Below are positions 49,369 through 59,012 of a stretch of DNA of 64,000 bases, one piece after another. A model generated the notes under the pieces. The model made no database searches. It worked only from the letters and a program-made list of their open reading frames with translations, and was not told the origin of the DNA. The stretch comes from an uncultured Gemmatimonadaceae bacterium. Its GTDB lineage: Bacteria; Gemmatimonadota; Gemmatimonadetes; Gemmatimonadales; Gemmatimonadaceae. How positions within the stretch are numbered: the first letter of the stretch is position 1; the number at the start of each line of letters is the position of its first letter. The position numbers were made by a program, and so were the translations under genes. Location of the stretch: contig CAWBOC010000005.1 in assembly GCA_963790305.1 (NCBI GenBank), positions 32,001 to 96,000 on the forward strand, read 5' to 3'.

Positions 49369-50652
49369 TGAGGTTGCGAGATCACCTGGCAACCGCGGAG
49401 TGCTCAACAGCTCACCGAACCGCTGCCACCGCTCGGCCGGCGTCGCAACGCGCTCCACGTACGCTTTCACTAGATCCTGGCCGAGGTTGTAGTTGATCAC
49501 GTAGCTGCGGTACGTGTCGAAGAAGCGGACGCGTTGGCGCGCACGCTCGGGTGACGACAACGAATAGCGGACCAGCCAGTCGGCGGCCTGCTCGGCCGTG
49601 ATCTGCCCGTTCAGATAGCGTCGCGCCGCTTCGTTGCCGGCGTAGGTGAGCTCGCGCATGAGCTCCTGCACCGTGTAGTAGGCATCCGCTCGTGAGGCAT
49701 CCAGACCGGCGAGCGGAAAGAGCACTGCCTTCTCGTACGCCACGCGCTCCGCCCCGGGGAACGCCATCTCAATGCCGTAATTCGCGCTGCCCTCGGCAAT
49801 GAGCGATTGCGGAGAGAACAACGGATAGACCGAGTACTCCATCCAGCCGCGCTCGCGTACCAGACGATGCTCGAGCAGGGCGTTGTAGACGTGGTGGCCA
49901 GGATATCCCTCGTGACAGGCGAGGTCGACGGCGCGGTCGATGTAGATCGGCAGCTCGACGTTCACCTGAATGAGCGAGCGGTAGTTGCCCTGATACCAGT
50001 TGTATCCGCTCCACGGCTTGTCGATCACGGGCTCGACGGTGAAGCGCTCGCCCGGTGGCAGCACGAGGCGCCGTGACGTACGCGCCTTGCATTCGGCGAT
50101 CGCGGTCGCGAACACGGTGTCGAGCTTCTCACGCGGAATGACGAACGCGCGGCGGAACTCCTCCATCCGCTGGGGCACTGGCCCTGTTCCGGGCAGGAGG
50201 CGCGACAGCGTATCGATCACGCGCTGGAAGTGCGCGTCGTCGTGCGTGGGCGCCACCGCATCGTAGAGCGCCTTCGATTCTTCATCGAAGGTGAATCGCT
50301 GCCCCTGCAGCATGCGCACTCGCGCGCGAAGCGAGCTCAGCTGAGTTCGCAGATATCGATTGCGCAGCGCCGGAAGCTCATCGCCGGCTGGTGCAGGCCC
50401 GAGCTGCGCGAGGCCCACGTCCGCTCGCCGCAGGATTTCGTCCAGCGGCAGCTTCGCCGAGTCGGCGGACGCTTTCCATTCGGGCGGGCCGTAGTACGCG
50501 TCCACGTAGTTGGCGTCGTGCTGACCAACGGCGAGCACGAGCTTGACGTACGATTCGGCGATCGCGTTCATGTTCGGATCGGATTCGGACAGGCGCGCCG
50601 ACGCACAACCGGACAGGAGCGCGGCGGCAAGTAGAGAAATGCGGACAGACAC
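49363..50652 (-). CDS. DUF885-like lipoprotein (putative metallopeptidase)
   Basis: HEGYPGHH, AEG motif; GTG 50652 after AAGGAG; lipobox LSGC. Confidence 0.75.
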   Translation of the reverse strand: MSVRISLLAAALLSGCASARLSESDPNMNAIAESYVKLVLAVGQHDANYVDAYYGPPEWKASADSAKLPLDEILRRADVGLAQLGPAPAGDELPALRNRYLRTQLSSLRARVRMLQGQRFTFDEESKALYDAVAPTHDDAHFQRVIDTLSRLLPGTGPVPQRMEEFRRAFVIPREKLDTVFATAIAECKARTSRRLVLPPGERFTVEPVIDKPWSGYNWYQGNYRSLIQVNVELPIYIDRAVDLACHEGYPGHHVYNALLEHRLVRERGWMEYSVYPLFSPQSLIAEGSANYGIEMAFPGAERVAYEKAVLFPLAGLDASRADAYYTVQELMRELTYAGNEAARRYLNGQITAEQAADWLVRYSLSSPERARQRVRFFDTYRSYVINYNLGQDLVKAYVERVATPAERWQRFGELLSTPRLPGDLATSR

Positions 50653-50730
50653 GGGAGCTCCTTTCGGGACGAGGTCAATATATGCGGTGCGCACTGTGTG
50701 CCGCCCGTCGGGTGAGCATCATTCACTGAG

Positions 50731-52083
50731 ATGAATTCCTTCGTCGCCCTCCTGCGTCTCGCGCTCCCGATCGTCGTCGTGCAGGTCGGCATCATGCTCA
50801 TGGGAGTGATCGACACGATCATGGTCGGTCATCTCTCGGCGCGCGCCCTGGCGGCGGTCGCGCTCGGCAATCTCTATTTCTGGGCCTGCGGCATCTTCGG
50901 CATGGGCGTCATCATGGCGCTCGATCCCGTGATCGCGCAGGCGGTGGGCGCCAGAGATGAGGCCGCCGTCGCGCGTGGCTTCCAGCGCGGATTCCTGCTC
51001 GCGCTCGTGCTCACCATCCCGATATCGATCGCGGTTTTCTTTGTCGATCCGGTACTGCGGGCCCTCGGGCAGGCTGACGACGTCGTCCCGTTGGCCGTGT
51101 CGTACGCCCTGCTCTGCATTCCAGGCGTTCTGCCATTTCTCGCGTTCAGCGTTCTGCGGCAGACCCTGCAGGCAATGGAGCTGGTGCGGCCCATCGTACT
51201 GGCGATGATCGTGGCGAACCTCGCCAACATCCTGCTCAACTGGGCACTGATCTTCGGAAAGCTGGGCGCCCCGGCGCTTGGTGTCGGTGGCGCTGCGTGG
51301 GCGACGAGCGCCGCGCGGTGGTTGATGGTGCTCTTCCTCTTTGCGATCGCCTGGCGACGCCTGCGCCCGTACCTCACCCCGGTGCGCCGCGACACGTTCG
51401 CGCTCGCGCCGCTGGGACGGATGCTCGCGCTCGGCGCCCCGATCGGGCTTCAGTTTCAGCTCGAATACGGAATCTTCGCGGTGGTGGGGCTGCTGATGGG
51501 AACCATCGGGACGACGCCGCTGGCGGCCCACCAGGTCGCGCTCAATATCGCGTCGTTCACCTTCATGGTGCCGATGGGCGTCGCCGCCGCGGTCGCCGTG
51601 CTCGTGGGGCACGCCGTCGGGCGCGGCGATGCGCTCGAGGCGCGGCGGGCGGCGTCCGCGGCGCTCATTACCGGCGTCGGGTTCATGGCGCTGACGGCGA
51701 TCGTGCTGCTGGTGGCGCCGGGATTGATTGCGCGCCTTTACACACCCGATGCCTCCGTCATCGCCATCGCGGTCATTCTCATCCCGCTCGCCGGGTTCTT
51801 TCAGGTATTCGACGGGATGCAGGTCGTGTGCGGCGGCATCCTCCGGGGCCTGGGCGACACCCACTCTCCGCTCATCGCCAACATCGCCGGATTCTGGGTG
51901 CTGGGCCTCCCGTTAGGCGTGTGGCTCGGGATGCGCCTGGGCCACGGTCCCGCGGGTCTATGGTGGGGGCTGGTCGCCGGCCTGGCGGTCGTGGGCATTG
52001 TGCTGCTCGTCCGCGTGCAGGTGCGGATGAAGCGGACGTTGAAGAGAGTGGAGATCGATTACCAGGAGGCGGCGGAGATGTGA
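50731..52083 (+). CDS. MATE efflux transporter (NorM-like)
   Basis: LALP, IDTIMVG, LG..GAA.A, AAHQ, GILRGLGD; 12-TM pattern. Confidence 0.93.
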   Translation: MNSFVALLRLALPIVVVQVGIMLMGVIDTIMVGHLSARALAAVALGNLYFWACGIFGMGVIMALDPVIAQAVGARDEAAVARGFQRGFLLALVLTIPISIAVFFVDPVLRALGQADDVVPLAVSYALLCIPGVLPFLAFSVLRQTLQAMELVRPIVLAMIVANLANILLNWALIFGKLGAPALGVGGAAWATSAARWLMVLFLFAIAWRRLRPYLTPVRRDTFALAPLGRMLALGAPIGLQFQLEYGIFAVVGLLMGTIGTTPLAAHQVALNIASFTFMVPMGVAAAVAVLVGHAVGRGDALEARRAASAALITGVGFMALTAIVLLVAPGLIARLYTPDASVIAIAVILIPLAGFFQVFDGMQVVCGGILRGLGDTHSPLIANIAGFWVLGLPLGVWLGMRLGHGPAGLWWGLVAGLAVVGIVLLVRVQVRMKRTLKRVEIDYQEAAEM

Positions 52084-52207
52084 GCAACGAGCCGACTGCC
52101 ATCACCACAGAGGCACAGAGGGCACAGAGGAGGGCGCACTGCAGGCTGCAGTGCGCCCTCCTCTGTGCCCTCTGTGCCTCTGTGGTGATGCAGTTCAGGC
52201 TCGTCGC
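52084..52207. repeat. Family A palindrome copy 3
   Basis: catcaccacagaggcacagagggcacagaggagggcgcactgcag-g-exact reverse complement. Confidence 0.93.
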
Positions 52208-52224
52208 GGAACAACTCCCTGATC

Positions 52225-52587
52225 TCACGTCTCTTCCATCACCGACACCCCCTCCCGCCCGCTCATCTGCCACTCGATGTAGAGACGTACCTGCCCGCCC
52301 GAGGTGTGCTGCGGCGTCGCCCAGCAGCGTCCCGTCTCGATGCGGAGCGCTTCGGTCACGTGCTGAAAGCGACCCTCGAGACAGCCCATGGCGCGCACGA
52401 TCGCGAGCAGCGTTCCATGCTCGACGTTCTCTCCCGTGTAGGTCCCGACCACGATGTCTCCGAACTGCCGGCATTCGAGCACGACGTTCCGCGATGTCGG
52501 AACACCTCCGGTGAGCGTCAAGCGGAAGCGACGGCCCTCGTACGATGGCGTCCGCTCCGCTTCGCTGCGCGAATAAGCTTCAGGCAT
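52225..52587 (-). CDS. Small beta-barrel hypothetical protein
   Basis: C-terminal 120 aa of the 362-aa ORF (Y.GRRF...RQ.GDIVVG.Y.G); start uncertain. Confidence 0.55.
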   Translation of the reverse strand: MPEAYSRSEAERTPSYEGRRFRLTLTGGVPTSRNVVLECRQFGDIVVGTYTGENVEHGTLLAIVRAMGCLEGRFQHVTEALRIETGRCWATPQHTSGGQVRLYIEWQMSGREGVSVMEET

Positions 52588-52842
52588 CCGTCGCCGGGAT
52601 ACGCACGGCCGGGAAGATGACGGGTCACATACAACCGCACATCTCCCCCGGGACGAGGCGCATGTAATGGTTGACCACCGCCCTTTATCCGCGTGCGGGT
52701 CGGGCCCATGAAGGCCGGACGTTAGGCGACCGGTTCGCGTCTTTACCGAATCTGTACAATCCTCCGACGCGCCGCGCACCCCTGTTTCCATTCCGCGCTG
52801 CATTATCGCGGAGAGGCACCCGTGGTTCCCGTTTATCCGGAG

Positions 52843-53538
52843 ATGCACATGGCCATGCTGACCGTCATCGCGCTGGCCGCGGTCATCGTCGTCGAAGAGG
52901 AAGGCTCGCCTCGTGCTGAGTCGCCGGTCTCCGTCCCGCGCTCCCGCGCGGTCGTGATCGACGGGAACATCGAAGAGGCCGAGTGGCGCGGAAGTGCGGT
53001 GGTGAGACGACCGGAGGGGGAAATGCTGCTGCGCCACGACGGCAAATACCTCTACATCGGCGTCCGCGCGGCGCGACGCGGCTTCCCCAGCGTGTGCCTC
53101 ATGCGCGGCAACACCGTTCGCGTCATGCACGCCTCGTTCGCTCTCGGCAATGTGATCTACGCGAAGACGAACGCAACGTGGCGCCTGGGCGCGCCGTTCG
53201 AGTGGGAGCCGCCTGCGCGCGCGGTCGGCAGCGATCGGGATCCGCAGCGCGCCAAATTCCTCGCTGAGCGCGGATGGCTCGGAAGCACCGTGCCAATGGG
53301 AAACCCGCGGCATGCCGAGATACAGATCGCGCTGGATCAGCTCGACCGACGCGACCTGCGCATTTCACTGGCGTTCCTCATGGAAGACCAGGGGCGCGGC
53401 GAAGAGATCGCCTCATGGTCTCGGCTCGGCGCCCGCCCCGCACGCGACGGCTGCGCCAACGAGCGGCTCGTGCGCGGCTACGCCCCGGAGCGGCTCACGT
53501 TTCGGAAGAATGCCTGGACGCGTGTGAAGCTGACGTAG
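52843..53538 (+). CDS. Hypothetical exported protein (CBM9/DOMON-like N-terminal motif)
   Basis: VIDG...EAEW...HDGKYLYIG. Confidence 0.6.
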   Translation: MHMAMLTVIALAAVIVVEEEGSPRAESPVSVPRSRAVVIDGNIEEAEWRGSAVVRRPEGEMLLRHDGKYLYIGVRAARRGFPSVCLMRGNTVRVMHASFALGNVIYAKTNATWRLGAPFEWEPPARAVGSDRDPQRAKFLAERGWLGSTVPMGNPRHAEIQIALDQLDRRDLRISLAFLMEDQGRGEEIASWSRLGARPARDGCANERLVRGYAPERLTFRKNAWTRVKLT

Positions 53539-53616
53539 TCGAGGGTGTCGAGGTGATCGAGGAGAGCAACGACGTTCCCTCGATTACCTCGACGACCTGG
53601 ATTACCTCGAGTACCT
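53535..53616. repeat. Family C palindrome copy 3, between convergent stops
   Basis: gtcgagggtgtcgaggtgatcgagg..gacgttccctcgattacctcgacgacct. Confidence 0.85.
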
Positions 53617-54091
53617 ATCTCTTCGCACACCCCTCTCGCCGCGCGGTGTCCGAGAGCGCAACGATCTTCCAGCCCGCACTCGTCTTGAGCAGCTGAAACG
53701 CGTCCACCCCACAGTGGCTGAACTTGTCGCCCAGGTGGAAGTCGTATTCCGTCCACACCGAGGCGAGCGCGCCGTCGATCCGAACCTCCGGGGCGAACAT
53801 CCGCTCATTCCACGGCTCGGTCGCGCGTCCGAGTGCCTCGATGAACTCCGAGACCGCCGTCAACTGCACGCGCGCCTCCCCGTTGCGATTGACGACCCGC
53901 GACAGCATCGCCGACGAATCGAACACCGAACGGGCCATCGCGGTATCTCTTGCCTTCATGCCATCCCAGAGTCGCTGGACGACGGCGAGCACCGCCGCTC
54001 GCTCGTCAGGCGAAGCCCCGGATGCTTGCCCGTGAGCGAGTGACGGCGCCAGAGACAGCAGGCCGATCAGTGTCACGCGAAATCGAGTCAT
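53615..54091 (-). CDS. NTF2/SnoaL-like exported protein
   Basis: WNER..PEVRIDG.LASVW..Y.F...SHCGVDAFQL...WKI. Confidence 0.85.
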   Translation of the reverse strand: MTRFRVTLIGLLSLAPSLAHGQASGASPDERAAVLAVVQRLWDGMKARDTAMARSVFDSSAMLSRVVNRNGEARVQLTAVSEFIEALGRATEPWNERMFAPEVRIDGALASVWTEYDFHLGDKFSHCGVDAFQLLKTSAGWKIVALSDTARREGCAKR

Positions 54092-54095
54092 TCGG

Positions 54096-55520
54096 TCACC
54101 CTCTCGGGGCGCCTGCGTTGCGAGCCGCCATCTCGGTGAGCATCCGATCCAGCTCCGCGGATGGCAGCCAGCGTCCGCGAACCATGACGCCCGCGCGCCG
54201 CGCGACATTGCGCACATCGGTGAGCGGATTGGCATCGAGCAGGATGAGATCGGCGCGATTGCCCACCGTCACCGTTCCGAACTTCCCGTCGAGCTTCAGG
54301 TCCTTGGCGGCATACTCGGCGACGTTTCGCGTCCCCGACTCGAGCACCTGATAGGGCCTGAGCCCCGCTTCCTGCATCAGCTCGATCTCGTGGTGGAGGG
54401 CGAACCCGGGAACGTTGAACATCTGCGGGGAGTCGGTGCCCATGAGCAGCTTCGCGCCCGAGTCCGCGAGCGTCTTGAGCAGGGTGCGTCGCAGCGAGAG
54501 ATACCGCGTCGACACATCCGCGCTCACGCCGTTAGCCTGATCCTGCTGAATGCGGTTGCGCTTCTGATTCGACCAACCGGTGATCCACTGCGGCTGGGCA
54601 TACTTCATCTCCGACCGCTTGGCCATGTCCTCGGGCGACTCGGGCGAGAAGAAGCTCTCCCAGAGGAACGCCGTCGGGACGTTCCACGTGCCCGCCTTAC
54701 GAGTGTCGGCCGCCAGCGCCGCGAAGCGCGAGGCGTCGACGGCATTCACCATCTCGCCAAGGTTGGCCTGATCGGCCATCACGCGCATGCGCAGGGCCTC
54801 GGGGACCGCCGCCTCGAGGTAGCCATCGAGGTGGTCGATGGTGGATTGCCGGTTCGCGAGCGTGTGCTCGAGCCCTACGCCTTGCGAGATGTGGCCCGCG
54901 TACGTGATGCCGACAGCGCGGGACGCGGCGACGATCGAATCGTACGATGTCCGCGGGATGCCCGGGTGCAGCTTGAGGAAATCGTACCCCGCAGCCTTGT
55001 GCTCGCGCACCAGCCGGGCGGCGGTCGCGGGATCGGTGGCGTTGTTTCCGTTGAGCGACGGGGCTCCGACGAAGATCGTGGGGCCGAGCATCTCGCCGCT
55101 GGCGGTCCTGGTGCGCAGGGCGAGCTGATTCGGGGCGCCGAGCATGCCGCGGATGGTCGTGACGCCGTTCGCGATGTAGAGGGTGAAGATGTCGCGAATC
55201 ACCTGCTCCGACGCCTGCGCACCAGGAATGTGCGCGTGCATCTCGGCAAGCCCGGGCATGAGATACTTGCCTCGCGCGTCCACGCGTACCGCTCCCGCGG
55301 GCACGCGCGCGCGTGCGGAGGGCCCGATCGAGGCGATCCGCCCGTCGCGCACGATCACCGTCTGTCCCTCGAGGACTCGCTCGCGATCCATCGGGATGAC
55401 GTTGACGTCGACGAAGGCGACGACGGGCGCGGCCGGCGCGTTCTGCGCTCTCAGCGGGGCGGCGAGAGGGATCGCGACGGCGGCAAGCGCCGCAAGACGT
55501 GTCAAATGGAATGGCTTCAT
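54096..55520 (-). CDS. Exported amidohydrolase family protein
   Basis: PGLAEMHAH, GVTTIR, GTDSP, RADLILLDANP. Confidence 0.9.
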   Translation of the reverse strand: MKPFHLTRLAALAAVAIPLAAPLRAQNAPAAPVVAFVDVNVIPMDRERVLEGQTVIVRDGRIASIGPSARARVPAGAVRVDARGKYLMPGLAEMHAHIPGAQASEQVIRDIFTLYIANGVTTIRGMLGAPNQLALRTRTASGEMLGPTIFVGAPSLNGNNATDPATAARLVREHKAAGYDFLKLHPGIPRTSYDSIVAASRAVGITYAGHISQGVGLEHTLANRQSTIDHLDGYLEAAVPEALRMRVMADQANLGEMVNAVDASRFAALAADTRKAGTWNVPTAFLWESFFSPESPEDMAKRSEMKYAQPQWITGWSNQKRNRIQQDQANGVSADVSTRYLSLRRTLLKTLADSGAKLLMGTDSPQMFNVPGFALHHEIELMQEAGLRPYQVLESGTRNVAEYAAKDLKLDGKFGTVTVGNRADLILLDANPLTDVRNVARRAGVMVRGRWLPSAELDRMLTEMAARNAGAPRG

Positions 55521-55748
55521 GGCACGGCCAGGAGAGGAGAGTCCGGGGCAAGGAGCCCGGTGGCGGGGGGCGATTCCGGGTATCCCCCCGGCCAACCGGA
55601 ATCCTGAAGAACCACGCGCGTCTATGATGGCGCCTGGGCTCAGCCGCGGAAGGGGAAGGGTTTGGATATTACCGAGCACTTACACCGGACGGGCGCGCCC
55701 GGCCCTGCTGGGTGTTTGCGCCTTCCTCACGTTCCCCAAGTCATGACT

Positions 55749-55864
55749 GCATAACCACAGAGGCACAGAGGGCACAGAGGACGGCGAACTGCAAAGGCCT
55801 TTGCAGTTCGCCGTCCTCTGTGCCCTCTGTGCCTCTGTAGTTATGCTCCTTGGCTCGTTGCGCA
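55749..55864. repeat. Family A palindrome copy 4
   Basis: gcataaccacagaggcacagagggcacagaggacggcgaactgcaaaggcctttgcagttcgccgtcc...; outer ggctcgttgcgca on right only. Confidence 0.92.
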
Positions 55865-55872
55865 GACGGATC

Positions 55873-56172
55873 CTACACGCGCGTAGGAGTCTCCGCCGCC
55901 TTCGCTACCGGTAAGAAAGTCGATGTAGACGGCAGTGGCTCGAGTCGCGTCGCGTGCAGACAGGAGTCTTCGAGCTGCCGCACCGGGAGGCGCATCCAAT
56001 CATCGGGGTAAGGAGCGAGCCGTCGTTTCTCACCGGAGGACTCGAAGAGCAGCCATCCGCGCGCGAACTCCGGGTCGGTGAGCAAGTACGTGGGAATCAT
56101 CGCCAGGTTGGGATCCTTCACTTCGCGGACGATCCAATCACGTCCCTTGCTGTCTACGAACCTCGTTATCAC
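55873..56172 (-). CDS. Small hypothetical protein
   Basis: GGAGG + GTG 56172; GWLLFES.GEKRRLAPYP..W. Confidence 0.65.
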   Translation of the reverse strand: MITRFVDSKGRDWIVREVKDPNLAMIPTYLLTDPEFARGWLLFESSGEKRRLAPYPDDWMRLPVRQLEDSCLHATRLEPLPSTSTFLPVAKAAETPTRV

Positions 56173-56311
56173 GATCCACCTCCGCAGCGACCTCGCATCA
56201 AGAAAATGCAATTGTCAACCGATCGCGGTGATGCTTGTCACGAGGGTACGTGCGCATACACACTGTTGTGCATCTTCGCCGTTCGCGCAAGTGTCATTCG
56301 GAGGACGGCAG

Positions 56312-56422
56312 AGACGTCAGATATCAGAATTCAGAACTCAGATAAAAACATACGGGGAGCCAATACTGGCTCCCCGTTGTCGTTTCTGACATTCGAATTC
56401 TGAATTCTGATATCTGACGTCT
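56312..56422. repeat. AT-rich heptamer palindrome, family F (TCAGAAT / ATTCTGA)
   Basis: agacgtcagatatcagaattcagaa..cggggagcca-atac-tggctccccg..aattctgaattctgatatctgacgtct. Confidence 0.9.
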
Positions 56423-56976
56423 TAGTCCGACCAGGGAGGAACGACTCCGTTCACGCGTGCGTACGCGATCAGCTGCCCCAGATGCTCACCGAGATGGCGC
56501 GCCATGAAGAAGGAGAAGCTCCGGCCCGTCATGTCCATCCCGAAGACCTTCATCGCCTTGTCGGCATCCGCGTCCTTCATCGAGCTCGCCGCCGCCTCGA
56601 TGTGCGCGAATGATTTCTTCAGCTCGGCGATGATTTTCGCCTTGTCGGTCGTCGACGCCTCGTAGCCCTGCCCGGAGAATCCGGCCGGCGCCTTGATCCC
56701 AGCCATTCCCGGGAGGCCCTGGTTCGCTGCCGAGACGTGCAGCAGAACTTCCGCCACCGACCGCACCCCGGCGGCCGGACGCCACGTGAACTTGTCCGCT
56801 GGAATCGCCTCGGCGAGCTGCGTGAAGCGACCTTCGAAGTACTTCATCTCTTTCAGAAACTCGGCGCGATACCCGGACGTGGGTTCGGCCGAGGTGGCCG
56901 CCGCTGCCTGTGCCCCCGCCACGGACACGACGCCCGTGAGCGCCGCGGCGATGAGCGTGAACCGAACTGTGCGCAT
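56422..56976 (-). CDS. DinB family protein, exported
   Basis: WRP..GVRS..E..H, H..EHLGQLIAYAR. Confidence 0.9.
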   Translation of the reverse strand: MRTVRFTLIAAALTGVVSVAGAQAAAATSAEPTSGYRAEFLKEMKYFEGRFTQLAEAIPADKFTWRPAAGVRSVAEVLLHVSAANQGLPGMAGIKAPAGFSGQGYEASTTDKAKIIAELKKSFAHIEAAASSMKDADADKAMKVFGMDMTGRSFSFFMARHLGEHLGQLIAYARVNGVVPPWSD

Positions 56977-57074
56977 TGATGATCTCCAGTGAGAGTGATC
57001 AAAATCGGTGGCCTGGTGGGCCATCCCGCAAGCCTCGGATCGTCAGAAAACCATGGGGAAGATGACCCCGTGAC

Positions 57075-57828
57075 TCAGCTCACTTTCCCGACGCGCACGC
57101 TCAGCCGCCAGGCCACGCGGCGTGCCTCGTGAGGATCCCCCCAAACCTCGCGCAACCCGGCCTCGAAGTCGACCGTGGGGTCTTCGTTCAATGCCTTACG
57201 ATACGCACTCGTCGCCGACCAGGTGCTGACGTAGCCAACGAGCTGGTCGACCGTCCATCGCTCTGCCATTCTCGAAGTCAGGCACCGCGATCTCGTCGAA
57301 CGGCATCCGGATCGAGCGGTACCCCTCGTCGACCAGATGGCGCTCCGGCGGCCAGTAGGGGCCGATGACCGACCTGGCGAAGTGACGGAGGACCCCGTCG
57401 GCCACGGGATGATCGATTACGACGTCGTTGTAGCTCCACACCGCGACCAGCCCAGCCGGCCGCGCCACGCGCGCAGCCTCGCGAAAGAACGCGTCAATGT
57501 CGAGCCAGTGCAGCGCCTGTGCGACGGTCACGAGATCGCACGTCCCCGTCGGAATCCCGCTCCGCTCGCCGGGAGCGATCCGCCATTCGACGCGAGGATG
57601 CGCCGGCGCTTCGGCGATCTGCGCGGCGCTCGAGTCGGTGCCGATCACTCGATCGAATCGCGCGGCGAGATCGATCGTCGCCTGCCCATTCCCGCACGCA
57701 CAGTCCCACGCCAGCATACGCGCGGGCGCACGGCCAGCGAGAAAATCGAACAGCTCGCCCGGATAGCGGGGTCGATAGGCCGCGTAGCCGTGCGCGATCT
57801 GGGAGAAGTGGTCGCGAGACGTGGTCAC
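57075..57828 (-). pseudogene. Class I SAM methyltransferase, 1-nt insertion near 57270
   Basis: DHFS..A.GYA.YRP.YP, DCACGNGQ, AQALHW; GAG-A-ATG shifts into MAERWTVDQLVGYVSTWSA. Confidence 0.82.
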
Positions 57829-57832
57829 TCCC

Positions 57833-58805
57833 TCACAAGGGAATCAGTCCCTTCTCGATCTCGGACCTTCGGCCTTCCAGGAACGGCGGCAAGGAAAGAC
57901 GCTCACCGAGATGCTCGAGCGGCTCATCGGCGGTCATGCCCGGTCCATCGGTCGCGATCTCGAACAGCACCCCACTCGGAGTCATGAAGTAGATCGAGTG
58001 GAAATAGAAACGGTCGATCACGGGCGTCACCTGAAATCCGGCGTTGCCGATTCGGTCGCGCCAGGCCGCGTGGGTCGCATCGGTCGGCGTACGCAGGGCG
58101 ACGTGATGCACCCCGCCTCGCCCGAACCGCCCACGCGGCGCATCACGACGGACCGCCAGGTGAAGCTGCGCATCGACATCCCCGTCAGCGGTAGCGAACA
58201 CGAGGACACTCGTCTCCGCTGTGACATTCGGGCGAAGTGCGCGTGACATATTCGTTGGCCTGACGAAAGCCGAGCACATCGGTAAGAAACGAGCTCATCG
58301 GGCGAGGGTCGGCGACTTCGATCGTCGCCGGACCGAGTCCCTTCACCCCATGCTCCTGCCCCACGTCTTCAGCACTCCACGCGACACCGTTCGCGAGACC
58401 GCGATCGTCGACGAGCACGAGCGATTGTCCCTCTGGATCGAGAAAGCGCAGGGTCACGCGCCCATTCTCTTCCGCGATGTCACTGTGCGTGACACCCGCG
58501 CTCGTCAGGCGCCGCGCCCACCACTCCAGGGCCTCCTCGCTTCCGACACGCAGGCCCGTCGATGCGATGGTGCCCGGGCCGCGCCGCCGCGGTACCGCAT
58601 GCGCCCAATCGAAGAACGTGAGCTCGGAGCCAGGGCTGGCAACCGCATCCCCGTAGAAGAGGTGATACGCGGTGACATCGTCCTGGTTGACGGTCTTCTT
58701 CGTGAGACGCATGCCAAGGGTTCGCGTATAAAAACGGACGTTCTCGGCGGCCGAGCCCGTGATGGCGGTGACGTGGTGAAGTCCAGTAAGGGCGCCCGGC
58801 GGCAT
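57833..58805 (-). pseudogene. Ring-cleaving dioxygenase / glyoxalase (MhqO-like), frameshift near 58225-58250
   Basis: GLHHVTA, KKTVNQDD, HLFYGD in one frame; HHVALR, DRFYFHSIYF, FEIATDGPG in another. Confidence 0.85.
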
Positions 58806-59012
58806 TCGTGCTCTTTGCCGACTGACTGCCCTGAACCGTAGTCGTGTCCATGGTGTACCTACCCGCGAAATGAGACGCTGGGAGCGACACTGACAGGTTA
58901 TCGCTCCCGGGTGACCAACGCGATAGTCGTGGCCTGGGTTCTCGATTCGGGGCCAGGCCGGTCCTCGCGCCACGTGTTCCGTCCCCCGCGTCGGCGTGTA
59001 ACGTTTCCTCAT

